29,799 nt of DNA, from the IMG/VR virus record IMGVR_UViG_3300024518_001512, positions 1-29,799 of that record, one strand, 5' to 3'. Positions within the stretch are counted from its first letter, which is position 1; each line of letters begins with the position of its first letter. The translations under genes and the position numbers were made by a program. The notes beneath the pieces are model-generated. The model saw only the letters and a list, made by a program, of their open reading frames with translations, did not search any database and was not told where the DNA came from. The stretch comes from a virus (lineage: Duplodnaviria; Caudoviricetes). Below are positions 1-9,333 of this stretch, piece by piece.

Positions 1-3000
1 GCTCAAGAACGGTCATTCCCGGCTCAATATCGGCACGCTGGGCCAGGTCATCGGCTACAGCCTGCGGAGTGGGGAAGAAGTCAAAGCCTTCGAACTTCTT
101 ACCGACCAACTCGCGTTCTGCGGCCTTGATCGGATCCTCTTGCTTCTTCTCGCCCATGACGGTGGCCATTTCACGAACGGCCGCACGGAGTTCAGCGACG
201 TTCTTGATGTCGGCACGCTCCAGACGACGACGAATTTCTTGGCGCCCCTTCAGCCACCAAGCCTCTGTCGGGATCTTGGCAATGATCTTGTCAGCCATCT
301 CTGGTCGTAAAACAAAATCACCCGACTTCTTTCGGCGCGAGTCGAGTTGACGAGCCAGCAACTTACCGCCTTTGACGTCCTCAAGTGCCCTGATAAAATT
401 CATTGCTTGGTCAGCGCTGACATCGTACTCAGGGTATTCTACATTGTCGGCGTATTCGTCCTTCCATGGGCCGTCTTTGATCTTGTCGTACTCACGACCG
501 ATGTATCGCGATTCAGCCTTGCTTGCTGCTTGGCGCTGGGCCTCACGCATACTGCTCTGGATCGCTTCAATCTGGGTCTTCTGCTTCACGCCGGCCAGTT
601 GAACGGCTTCACCGCTGTCGATGGCGTTGGCGATGTTGGTCATGGTCTCGGCAAGCTCAAGCTCAGTCCGTGCGTTGGCTTCTGCGTAACCGGCCTCTCT
701 GGCGCGCTTCGCTGTGTTTGTCTGGCGATCCTGGTCAAGAGATGCTTGGGCCTTGGCCTGAAGCTTGTCGGCAGTCTCACGGAGCTTCGTTGTCTTGGAC
801 GGGGCCTTGCCAGGTTCAACCGCTTCTGCCGCCGGGGCCTCTTCGCCCTTGGCGTTTGCCGCGAAGGCTTCAGCGTCTTCTCTGTTCTCGAACTGGAACC
901 CAGGCTTTGCCCGGCCGCGAGAGAATCGGCTGTAGTAGCCGTTGTGTTTCTTCGACAACGTGCGGAGCTTGGTGAACGTTTCCCGGTCAACGCGGTCGGT
1001 CATCTGGACAACGTGTAGGGGGATGTCCTTCTTTTCGTTGTATGCTTCGACGATCGTAAAGCCAACGTCTTCAGCTACTTCGTCTTTGCGGAGTGCAACC
1101 GGGGCCTTCCTGGCCGCTTCGCGCTTCCGGCGATCCTCTGCCTTGAGGGCGTCGAACGTCGCCTTCTGCTCGGTGGTAAGCTTTCCAGCTACGCCAAGGC
1201 GCTCAAGCTCTTCGAAGTCGCGGAGGGTCTTGGGATCCTTCAGCCCTTCCAAGCGCTTATCGCGCTCTGCTTGCCGCTGCTTGACCTCTTCGGCGTACTT
1301 GTCTATGTCCTCTTGGGTCGTCTTGTCTACGGCTCTCTGCGTGGCTTCCTCCATCGTCTCAGAGAACGGACTCCATTGGAAGGTGCCGCTGGCAACGAAC
1401 TGTTGAGAGATACCGTTCATCGCAGAGTTGAGGATGTCGGCCTTCTTGTCGCTCATCGATAATCCAAACCCGGCGAGGCGAATCAACTGCTTCTTGGGCT
1501 TCGGAGAGAGGATGGCCTTGATCTTCTCGCGGTTCTCAAGGTAGGACTTGTACGACTCCTGAAGTTGCTCTGGGGTGATATTTCCGGTCTTCAGCCGTTC
1601 GGAGAACGTGTCAATTGCCGCAAGGCTGTCGATGACGGCGGCGCCCTTGGGTGCTTCTGCGGCTTCTGGCTTCTCAACTGTTAAGGATTCCTTTACAGTT
1701 GGTTTCTTGACCACCTTCTGATCGGTGATGAAGACGGATTCAAGGCCCTTCTGCGTGACTATGGTGCGGTATCTGAATTTCCCTTCCTGGTCAACGCGTA
1801 TTCCCTTGTAATCCTTGCCAGTGTTCTTCCATTTCTCCTTGGTGATCTCGACATCACCCTCGGCTTTCTCGTTGATGATAGGGAAGGTGACTTCCTTCCG
1901 GCGCTGGGCCTTCTCAGCTTCAGCACGTTTTACCTTGGCCGATTCCTTCTTCTCGGCCGCTGCGGTAGCTTCGGCGCGTTTTACTTCGGCGATACCAGTG
2001 GCCAAAAGGAGTTCAGATTTCGCGGCGCTCATCCACTTGCTGAACTTGTCCTCTGCCTTGTCAACGGCACTGGACCTTCCAGCAGCCTGCTTACTGTTGA
2101 AGCCACTTCGGCCGGCAACAAGCGTTGATACGGCGCCACTGCGCGTGGAAAGAACAGACTCACGACGTTTCAGATACTCACCCTTGATGCGTTCCAGTTC
2201 GCTTGCCAAGTCGGCCATACGCCCTTCAGGGATATCCTTCAGCGCGTCATCACGAAGACCTTCCATGAAGTTAACGTACTGCTCCTGCTCAACTGTTGCG
2301 GCATTGCCTGGGCTTCTGCTTGTCCCTGAGTATGCGGAAATTGCACGCTCGCGGTCGATGTCGTCACGGCTGAATTCAGGGATTGCCTGCGCTTCTCGTA
2401 CACGACGGAACCCTGCCTGCTGTTCCTTGCGCTCTGCGGCCTTCTTCTTGAGTGCTTCAGCTTTCGGGGCGGCTTCTTTTGGCTTGTCGAATTCTTTGAC
2501 ATGCGCTATCGCTTCATCAATAATCGTAAGGTCAAATCCGTACTTGACGGCGTTCTCTCGATCATCAGACAAGTCGAGCAACTTCAATTCTCGATTCTTA
2601 GGATCTGTCAACCACTCTGCGTCTTCCCACGACTCGAAATAATCTTCCAGTGATTCGACCTTTTCGGATTCGGCTTCGGCTTCCTCTTCAAATGGCGTTG
2701 CTTCAGCCTGCGGAATGCCGGGGAATGGCGGGGGCTGCTGCTTCTCTGCCTGCGGTTCCGGCGCTGGGAAGTCGAATTCATCCGTTTGCGGGGCTGCTGG
2801 GGCTGCTACCAGGTCGCGTAGCTTGCCGTCCTTGGCGATCGCATGACCACCGTTGACCATGATACTGTCAGTCTGGTCGATCTCGAACTCAATACCGTCC
2901 TTCAGCTTGACCATGCCTTCGTCTTTCTCGACCACTTCAAGCCATTCGCCTACAGTGTCGCCCTCGACGAATACCTCGTCACCTTTCTCCAGGTCGATAC

Positions 3001-5944
3001 CGAAGACCTCTTCCGGCTTAGCGTTCTCCATCGCCTTGGCGGCTTCGGCGCTCTCTGGGGTAGCTTCTGCTTCGACTGCTGCGTCACGCCATGATTCGTG
3101 AGCCTCTACGAGCGCGGTAAGGGCAGCGTAAACGTTGCCGTCACCTTCAGCCATGATCGGGGCTACGATTGCCGAGCCTGCGTCCTTCTGCTCCATGATC
3201 GTCTGAATTACGACGTCGGGGGCTGCTCCATCGACGATTCGATACTTCGCCAATGCTGTGGCATACTTCGCCTCATCGGTAAGGCGCAAGGCTTTCCCTT
3301 GGTAGAAGTACTCTGGAGCAACGCCGGCCTGAATGATCTCCATGGATTCGAAGTACGGGGAGTTGTGATTTGCCCGGCGCTGGACGCCTGCCTTGGCTGG
3401 CTCTTTCCGCTTCTTCTTCTTCGGAACTTCAACTTCCGGTACTGCTGCGGCTTCCGGCTTGGCTTCTTCCTTCCCGGTGATTTCTTTCTTGATCTGCTTG
3501 AGGAGGGTGGAACCGCGGCTTGTCAGTGGTCGGTACTTATTCCCGCTAATATGCTCAAGGTCGCCAGAACGAACGGACTCCTTGAAGATGTCAGCAAAGT
3601 CGGCGATCTTCGGCCGGGCGGCGCGCTGCGGCCCTTTCTTCTCAGCCTGCTCCTGCTGTTCGACACGAGCTTCTTCCTGCTTCTGCTGGATAGCTGCGTC
3701 AATGTTCAGCGTCGGTACCGTGATCGGCGAGTCAGGGGCTACAGGCACATCTTGGATGACCGGGGCAACCTCGGGCACGGGAACGGCCGGAGGAAGTTCT
3801 TCAACCGGTGTGCCAGCTTCGCGCGTGGTCTCTGGGATGGATCCGGCATGTTCCGGCCCTGGCATCGTCGAACCGTCTGGCATCGTGTGAACCAGGTTGG
3901 AACCGGCGGCGCGGGCAAGCTCGATTTCTTCTTGACGTCCACCAATTTCGAAGGTTGCTTGGCGGGCCTGCTCCGCTCTCTGGGCTTCGCGCTGCTGAGG
4001 AAGTCCTTGGAACGGCGCGCGAAGATCCTGCTGCATTCTCTGGAAGTCTCTGCGGAGGTTATCGCCAGGTTGGTCCTGTGCCAGCTCTGCGGCTGCTACT
4101 GGATCGTTGTTAGTGGCGCGCATGAGTTCGGCCCATGCCTGCGGCCCTACTTGCTCTTGAATGGCCTGTACGTCGATTACAGGGGCTTCAGCGGCCTGTT
4201 CCGGCGCCTGCTCTTCGCGCGCTGCAAGCTGGGCCTCAAGGATTGCTGGACTCGGACGTTCGGCGAATGGTTCTTGCTGGGCATCTGCCGGGAGGTCAAT
4301 GTTGAATTCACCAGCGGCCGGCGCTTCTGGTAGCGGGGTCTGCAAGAATTCCTCTACCGTCATCTCGCCGCTGTCAAGCTGTTCAAAAGCTTCCTGGGCG
4401 GCTTCGGGGTCGGTTTGGGCGAGCTGCTTGAACTTGTCATAGACTTGATCTTCTGCTTCGTTGGCCTGCTTGCCCTTAGCAGTTTCCGCCCTTTCTGCTT
4501 CACCACGCTTCTGGAATCGGCTCAAAGCGGCTCCACCAGCTACGCGGCCAACGCCGGGGAGGGTGAATGCGACGAGTTCGGCAAGAGCTTGCTCACCGCC
4601 GGGGAATCCAGCCTTGTAGCGTTCCCATGCGTCTTTCGGGTGAAGGCCGTGCTTCCCGGTACCGAAGTCTTGAATGTCGAGAGCGGCGCGAAGCATTTCG
4701 CCAACACGTTCCTCTCCCATCTCGGCAAGGATACCATTAAACCCACCACGGCGGAGGGCTTCATTCAATGCCTTGTTCCCTTTCATGAACTTCCGCATCT
4801 TGCGAGTAGCCAATCTTAGGTACGCTGCTGCTTTCGGGGAAAATTTCCTGAGTATCTTTCTGCCTGCAGGGGAAAAGCCTTCGCCGAGTTGTTCAGAGAA
4901 CAGTTCTACAAACAAATCGCCCTGAGCGCGAACGAAGTCGATTGCCGGGTTGGTCGACGCATCAGAGAGCTCAAGCTTGCCGTCCTTGATCGAGACAGTG
5001 CCAACGCGACGGGAGAGGTGGTCAGTAAGTGCGCGTTGCTGCATGGCCGGCATCGCCTTGAACGATCGGACTGCAGACTTCTTCAGGAACCTACCGCCTG
5101 CCTTGAGTACCGATTTCTCGAACGCCTTCTTTGCGGCCGGGGCAGTGCCACCGCTAACCGCGATCTCAGTCATGAATGCCGGAAGCTCTGAAAGTGTGCT
5201 GTGGACAATGCCGCCGAAACTCCTACCACGGCGCTGATCTTCCTTGACGCGCTTGGCGAAGTCGGTCAAAAGCTGTTCGTCGAGTTTTCTATCGAGGGGA
5301 TCGCCGTAATCATTGGACTTGTACCGATCTGCTGCTGACTTGATCTCGAACATTTCCATCAACGGGAATGGAGTGAACGGGATCTTCGTTCGGATGTCAG
5401 ACTTTGCCATCGATTCGGCGAACCCGACCTTCTCAGTAGGATCAAAGCCAAGGCCCTTGCGAATGCTCTTGTCCAGCGCGCGGCCACCTTTGCCCTCGGT
5501 CCCGAGTAAGGCTCCTTCAAGTCCGGTACGGGCCTCACGCTCTTCGGCCGGGTCGAACTCGTAGAAGGTTGGGCCACCGCGGCGGATCGTGCCAAACGCT
5601 CGCTCCGTTGCCTTTGACTGGCCTTTGATGAACTTGCCAATTGCGCTTTCTTCTTTGCGCGCTGGGGCTGGGCGGGCGCCTTCGAGAATAGCCAAGGCGG
5701 CATCGAGATCTTTGTCTCTGCCAGGACGTGACAGCGGCTTCGGTGCCGGGGCAACCGGGGCTTGCTCTGCTTGGGCTGCAGGCTGAACAGGGGCAACTGG
5801 CCTTGATAGCGCACTTGGACGCTTGCCGCCGACAGGAGGAAGACCTTGGAGAACGTTAAGAGCATCATCGAGTTCAGCATCTCTTGTAGGCTTCACTGGA
5901 TCGCGGAAACGTCGTCTAAACTTATCAAGCGGTTGCTCTGGCAT
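1..5944 (-). CDS. Giant DarB-like / large polyvalent internal virion (ejection) protein, >1980 aa, 3'-truncated, with an adenine methyltransferase domain starting at the window edge
   Basis: ATG at 5944 with AAGGAGG RBS right after the upstream stop. Hand translation (MPEQPLDKFRRRF...) found no stop down to base 2, and the ORF track lists no closed ORF from this start. It ends ...ERELVGKKFEGFDFFPTPQAVADDLAQRADIEPGMTVLE, the FFPTP...VLEP(SAG) start of an N6-adenine MTase. Upstream modules (NGYYSRF..PGFQF, RQTNTAKRAR) are of the kind seen in phage polyvalent proteins. Confidence 0.9.
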   Translation of the reverse strand, partial: MPEQPLDKFRRRFRDPVKPTRDAELDDALNVLQGLPPVGGKRPSALSRPVAPVQPAAQAEQAPVAPAPKPLSRPGRDKDLDAALAILEGARPAPARKEESAIGKFIKGQSKATERAFGTIRRGGPTFYEFDPAEEREARTGLEGALLGTEGKGGRALDKSIRKGLGFDPTEKVGFAESMAKSDIRTKIPFTPFPLMEMFEIKSAADRYKSNDYGDPLDRKLDEQLLTDFAKRVKEDQRRGRSFGGIVHSTLSELPAFMTEIAVSGGTAPAAKKAFEKSVLKAGGRFLKKSAVRSFKAMPAMQQRALTDHLSRRVGTVSIKDGKLELSDASTNPAIDFVRAQGDLFVELFSEQLGEGFSPAGRKILRKFSPKAAAYLRLATRKMRKFMKGNKALNEALRRGGFNGILAEMGEERVGEMLRAALDIQDFGTGKHGLHPKDAWERYKAGFPGGEQALAELVAFTLPGVGRVAGGAALSRFQKRGEAERAETAKGKQANEAEDQVYDKFKQLAQTDPEAAQEAFEQLDSGEMTVEEFLQTPLPEAPAAGEFNIDLPADAQQEPFAERPSPAILEAQLAAREEQAPEQAAEAPVIDVQAIQEQVGPQAWAELMRATNNDPVAAAELAQDQPGDNLRRDFQRMQQDLRAPFQGLPQQREAQRAEQARQATFEIGGRQEEIELARAAGSNLVHTMPDGSTMPGPEHAGSIPETTREAGTPVEELPPAVPVPEVAPVIQDVPVAPDSPITVPTLNIDAAIQQKQEEARVEQQEQAEKKGPQRAARPKIADFADIFKESVRSGDLEHISGNKYRPLTSRGSTLLKQIKKEITGKEEAKPEAAAVPEVEVPKKKKRKEPAKAGVQRRANHNSPYFESMEIIQAGVAPEYFYQGKALRLTDEAKYATALAKYRIVDGAAPDVVIQTIMEQKDAGSAIVAPIMAEGDGNVYAALTALVEAHESWRDAAVEAEATPESAEAAKAMENAKPEEVFGIDLEKGDEVFVEGDTVGEWLEVVEKDEGMVKLKDGIEFEIDQTDSIMVNGGHAIAKDGKLRDLVAAPAAPQTDEFDFPAPEPQAEKQQPPPFPGIPQAEATPFEEEAEAESEKVESLEDYFESWEDAEWLTDPKNRELKLLDLSDDRENAVKYGFDLTIIDEAIAHVKEFDKPKEAAPKAEALKKKAAERKEQQAGFRRVREAQAIPEFSRDDIDRERAISAYSGTSRSPGNAATVEQEQYVNFMEGLRDDALKDIPEGRMADLASELERIKGEYLKRRESVLSTRSGAVSTLVAGRSGFNSKQAAGRSSAVDKAEDKFSKWMSAAKSELLLATGIAEVKRAEATAAAEKKESAKVKRAEAEKAQRRKEVTFPIINEKAEGDVEITKEKWKNTGKDYKGIRVDQEGKFRYRTIVTQKGLESVFITDQKVVKKPTVKESLTVEKPEAAEAPKGAAVIDSLAAIDTFSERLKTGNITPEQLQESYKSYLENREKIKAILSPKPKKQLIRLAGFGLSMSDKKADILNSAMNGISQQFVASGTFQWSPFSETMEEATQRAVDKTTQEDIDKYAEEVKQRQAERDKRLEGLKDPKTLRDFEELERLGVAGKLTTEQKATFDALKAEDRRKREAARKAPVALRKDEVAEDVGFTIVEAYNEKKDIPLHVVQMTDRVDRETFTKLRTLSKKHNGYYSRFSRGRAKPGFQFENREDAEAFAANAKGEEAPAAEAVEPGKAPSKTTKLRETADKLQAKAQASLDQDRQTNTAKRAREAGYAEANARTELELAETMTNIANAIDSGEAVQLAGVKQKTQIEAIQSSMREAQRQAASKAESRYIGREYDKIKDGPWKDEYADNVEYPEYDVSADQAMNFIRALEDVKGGKLLARQLDSRRKKSGDFVLRPEMADKIIAKIPTEAWWLKGRQEIRRRLERADIKNVAELRAAVREMATVMGEKKQEDPIKAAERELVGKKFEGFDFFPTPQAVADDLAQRADIEPGMTVLE

Positions 5945-5953
5945 TTCGCCTCC

Positions 5954-7585
5954 TTACTGGCTGTATCGTTCTTGAAGGATCTTCAGTGTAGCGTCAAGTT
6001 GTTCCTGCTCGACCTCGTTAAGCTCTTCTTTCTGCATCAGCTTGTTTGCTTTAATAATAGTCTTCCGCAGTGCCCCAGCCGCGTCTCCTGTAACCTGTCC
6101 AGAACGAAGAGCACCAGTTGCATTGTCAAGCGTTGCCAATTTTGTTTGGCGTTCCCTGATAGCAGGCCCGTCGTAATACGCGTCAATGCCGCGAGACAGG
6201 ATTCCTTGAGCCGTTGTAGCTTGAGCCGCGCCAGCTAATTGCGTAGGGGTAACACCTGTCCCTTCAAGAGCCCGAGAGAATGCTCCTCGGCCGGGCTGAG
6301 GAACGCCAGCACGGGCCATCGAGAAGCCTGCGCCTGCGTTGATAGCTCTGTTGAGAGGATCTTGTTGCTGCGGAGCCTGCTGCAGAACTGGAGCAACGGC
6401 CGCAGGTCTGGCAAACTGGCGAGACTGCTGAACGGGCTGCTGTGGAGCTGCGACCTGTGGCGTTGCTGACTGCTCGGGGCGCTGGATAGCCTGCGGGGCG
6501 ACTATTGGAGCCTGTCCTCCACCGGTCCCAGGGATAGAGTTATTCACTTGCCCTTGCTCTGGCATCTGCGATGTTGCCTCTGCCAAGGTCTTATTGCGGA
6601 TAACCGCGGTTCCGTCTTCGAGGCTTCCGTATCCGATCACATCGGAGGAGAGTCCTTTTTTGGTCAACCTGTTCTCGCGGTCGGCAATGCGCTGGGCTTC
6701 TTCTTCGGCTGTGCGCTTCGGCCTACTGAAGGCTGTTTTTGCCTTCGGTGCCGGTTTACTAATGAGGCGTTCGCGCTGCTGTTGGCCAGCTCCTACGTTT
6801 GGTACTGGTCGAGTCGGAATTAACTGCTGAGTAGCCTGTCCCGGCTGGGTCGGTGCCGACGGCTGCTGTTGGTCAGACTTTGGCACATCGAGTCCAGACG
6901 CTTGAGCTGCCCAACGGACGGCCTCTTCTTCGTTGGCTCCAGGGTTGCGCTGGGCATAAACGTCGAGAGCGTCGAGGAACCTGTTTCTCGTGGCTTGATT
7001 CTTGAAGTTGCCTTCGTCATCAAGCTCGGCCATATCAATTTCGGAAAAAGGTGCGAGGCGGTCAAATACGCCCATGTAGTAACCCTTTGTCGCACTTGGC
7101 TTCTTCGAGATAACGCCAGCCCCAACGCCAGCCTTCGGGCGCTGCAGCTTCGCCGTCCTCTGTGCCGTCCTCTGTGCCTGCGCCGTCCTGCGTGCCTCTT
7201 CCGCTCTTCCTGAAATGTCAACTCTTCGACCTTCGAGTTTAAGGCGCTGGTCGTCTCGTAATCCTCTTTCAATCGCCTGTTGCTGCCCGAACTTGTCGCG
7301 CTTTGCTTGGGCTTCCCGGCCCTGGATCGCCTGATTTCGATTGAATAGGTTCTGCTTCTCCTGCTCTGCCTGCATGTCCTGGCCGCGGCGGATCTGCTCA
7401 GCCTGCCCAATGTGCGAACGCATGGCGAACTGACGTATTCCCTTGATCTTCGCACGGGTGCCGGCCGGTTCCTGCGCTCTCACCCTGGGAGCTATGCGAT
7501 TTGCTGTGATATTCTCAAGGCCAGTATCGGTAAACTCTTCACGAGCTTTACGGCCACGGCGTTTGATTCCAAATTTCGAAGGCAT
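5954..7585 (-). CDS. Probable internal virion/ejection protein (Q/A/P/R-rich, largely disordered or helical)
   Basis: 543-aa ORF with AAGGAG RBS. Low-complexity composition and position between tail genes and the giant protein fit podovirus ejection proteins. Confidence 0.65.
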   Translation of the reverse strand: MPSKFGIKRRGRKAREEFTDTGLENITANRIAPRVRAQEPAGTRAKIKGIRQFAMRSHIGQAEQIRRGQDMQAEQEKQNLFNRNQAIQGREAQAKRDKFGQQQAIERGLRDDQRLKLEGRRVDISGRAEEARRTAQAQRTAQRTAKLQRPKAGVGAGVISKKPSATKGYYMGVFDRLAPFSEIDMAELDDEGNFKNQATRNRFLDALDVYAQRNPGANEEEAVRWAAQASGLDVPKSDQQQPSAPTQPGQATQQLIPTRPVPNVGAGQQQRERLISKPAPKAKTAFSRPKRTAEEEAQRIADRENRLTKKGLSSDVIGYGSLEDGTAVIRNKTLAEATSQMPEQGQVNNSIPGTGGGQAPIVAPQAIQRPEQSATPQVAAPQQPVQQSRQFARPAAVAPVLQQAPQQQDPLNRAINAGAGFSMARAGVPQPGRGAFSRALEGTGVTPTQLAGAAQATTAQGILSRGIDAYYDGPAIRERQTKLATLDNATGALRSGQVTGDAAGALRKTIIKANKLMQKEELNEVEQEQLDATLKILQERYSQ

Positions 7586-7633
7586 ATTGAGACTCCTTTG
7601 GGTTTATTAAAGATAGGAAGCTGTATTAAAAAA

Positions 7634-8776
7634 TCAAGTTACGAAGGTGAACCCGCCTGATACGTCCCATTTGACGATCACGAAACCGTCGTAGGGAGCA
7701 GTGCCAGCCGTGAGATACCATGCGTTGGTACTTTCTGCCGCTGGCTCTGGCTGGGTAGACGTATCGCTATAATAACCAAGTGTGAAACCTGAATGGCTTT
7801 CGTCATTACTTACAGGTGAGGTGTAGATCTTGTGGTAGGTTCCGAAGGTAGCTCCACCGAAGTCAGGGTTTGAATTACCTGAATATTTACGATACCAATC
7901 GACCTTATGGCTGAAGTCAGTAGGGAAGCCCTTCGCCTCAGCATCGAACCAATCCATGTATATTTGAAAATAGCGCCCACTCTTCCATACGGTATTCTGC
8001 AATGTGGCAGTATACCAATCAGAGCGGGATGGAACTCTTCGCGTCCACGGAAGCGCGTTGAATGCAGCTTCAGCGTCAGCCCATGTCTTGCCATCACCAT
8101 CAAAAAAGAGTGCCTTATTGGCTTTCGATGCAGTGCCTTCAACCGGTCCGAAATAGTAACGCCTGGCATAAGACGAGGTATTTGCTGGAACTTCAAGGTG
8201 TTTCGTGTACCTCAGTGCATCGAGAAACAGGTACTTGTTCCTCGCCCACTTTACCGGGTTAAAATCAGGGTCGAGAGGTCCGTAAAAGGTTGAGCCGCCT
8301 AGCTGTGAACGCGCATCAATCCACGTCACTCCTACTACGGCTTGCAGTTGCGAAATAGTGCGAAATTCAGGGATAGTGTAGGTGTTACTTACGCCCTCCC
8401 AATTGCCGCCATTGTCGGTATAGTCGGCCCAGGCCATGTTGCCGTATGCAGCAAGCATGAATTCTATTGATTTGTCGATATGAAAAGCAATGCCAATCTG
8501 GTCTGGAAATGACAAAGGTGATCCTATCTGCCAAGCCAGTAGTTGATGGCCGGGGAAAGGGGTTGTTACGATATTTTCGCCGTCTGTACTGTCGAGAATA
8601 TTGTCATCATCATCATAGATAGCCCCACGCTCCACCACCGCCTGCCGGATCGCCTCCAGGAATACCCATGCAGGGGCGCTCTGCTTCATCGTCGTCTCAG
8701 AGGTCCAGTTAGGCGAATAGCTGATCGAGGTGGAGGTATCAGTGCAGGATGTCCAGCTCGTAAAAACGAGAGCCAT
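7634..8776 (-). CDS. Hypothetical virion protein, aromatic-rich, possible receptor-binding or tail-tip protein
   Basis: 380-aa ORF whose start overlaps the upstream stop (TAATG). W/Y/F-rich and visibly more AT-rich than its neighbours. No family recognised. Confidence 0.55.
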   Translation of the reverse strand: MALVFTSWTSCTDTSTSISYSPNWTSETTMKQSAPAWVFLEAIRQAVVERGAIYDDDDNILDSTDGENIVTTPFPGHQLLAWQIGSPLSFPDQIGIAFHIDKSIEFMLAAYGNMAWADYTDNGGNWEGVSNTYTIPEFRTISQLQAVVGVTWIDARSQLGGSTFYGPLDPDFNPVKWARNKYLFLDALRYTKHLEVPANTSSYARRYYFGPVEGTASKANKALFFDGDGKTWADAEAAFNALPWTRRVPSRSDWYTATLQNTVWKSGRYFQIYMDWFDAEAKGFPTDFSHKVDWYRKYSGNSNPDFGGATFGTYHKIYTSPVSNDESHSGFTLGYYSDTSTQPEPAAESTNAWYLTAGTAPYDGFVIVKWDVSGGFTFVT

Positions 8777-9330
8777 TAGAAGACCCCGCTTGCTTGCCCG
8801 ATGTAGTCACTCCCGGCGACTATAACCATGATATCCGTGGACGCGGCAAGCCGCAATTGACTACTGAGGGTCATTACGTGACTGAGCTCTACAGGGCCGA
8901 TAAACCCTCCGCCATACCCATCTGGGTAGAGATTGGCATAATGGACGTAGCTTCCAGCGCTACCGGTTACTGAGCTTATTGTTCCGGCAAAGGTAGAAGT
9001 CCCTGCAGTACCACCTTCATCAGGAGGAATACCTATAGCGTCGATCTGATCCTGGAGGTCTTTCAGTGTGGCCTCGATATTGGAGTCATCGAATTCATCA
9101 GGAAGAACCTCGTTGACGTCCTCAAGCTCGCGTAGCCGGAGAACCAGCGCGTCGATCTGCGCCTGAAGAATCCGGACATTCATCTGTATTTGTTCGGAGC
9201 TCTTCCGGTTTCCTTCCAAGAACGCCTTGTTCTGTTTCCATTCCTTGTTCAGAGCGCCAATGGTATCCGGCGGCGGCTCCATTCCCGCAATCTTCCCGGC
9301 CGATCGTTTGCGCTTGATTTCGGTAGGCAT
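8776..9330 (-). CDS. Coiled-coil tail protein, possible tail needle (positional analogue of P22 gp26)
   Basis: Heptad segments (VRILQAQIDALVLRLRELE; IEATLKDLQDQIDAI), a Gly-rich linker and a small C-terminal beta domain. Lies directly after the nozzle gene. Confidence 0.45.
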   Translation of the reverse strand: MPTEIKRKRSAGKIAGMEPPPDTIGALNKEWKQNKAFLEGNRKSSEQIQMNVRILQAQIDALVLRLRELEDVNEVLPDEFDDSNIEATLKDLQDQIDAIGIPPDEGGTAGTSTFAGTISSVTGSAGSYVHYANLYPDGYGGGFIGPVELSHVMTLSSQLRLAASTDIMVIVAGSDYIGQASGVF

Positions 9331-9333
9331 TGA

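Noticed and set aside
69-5880. Many plus-strand ORFs (e.g. 3098-4333, 1815-2642) and short alternative-frame minus ORFs
   Set aside because: They are antisense or out-of-frame shadows of the giant minus-strand gene, with Ser/Leu/Phe-rich nonsense composition.
7152-7197. 12-bp tandem repeat GCCGTCCTCTGT
   Set aside because: An in-frame micro-duplication (QRTA) in a low-complexity protein, with no spacer structure, so not CRISPR-like.
7610-7637. Possible promoter TTGATT-N16-TATCTT upstream of the ejection genes
   Set aside because: Weak match in an AT-rich gap that lacks the signature of the two clear promoters.
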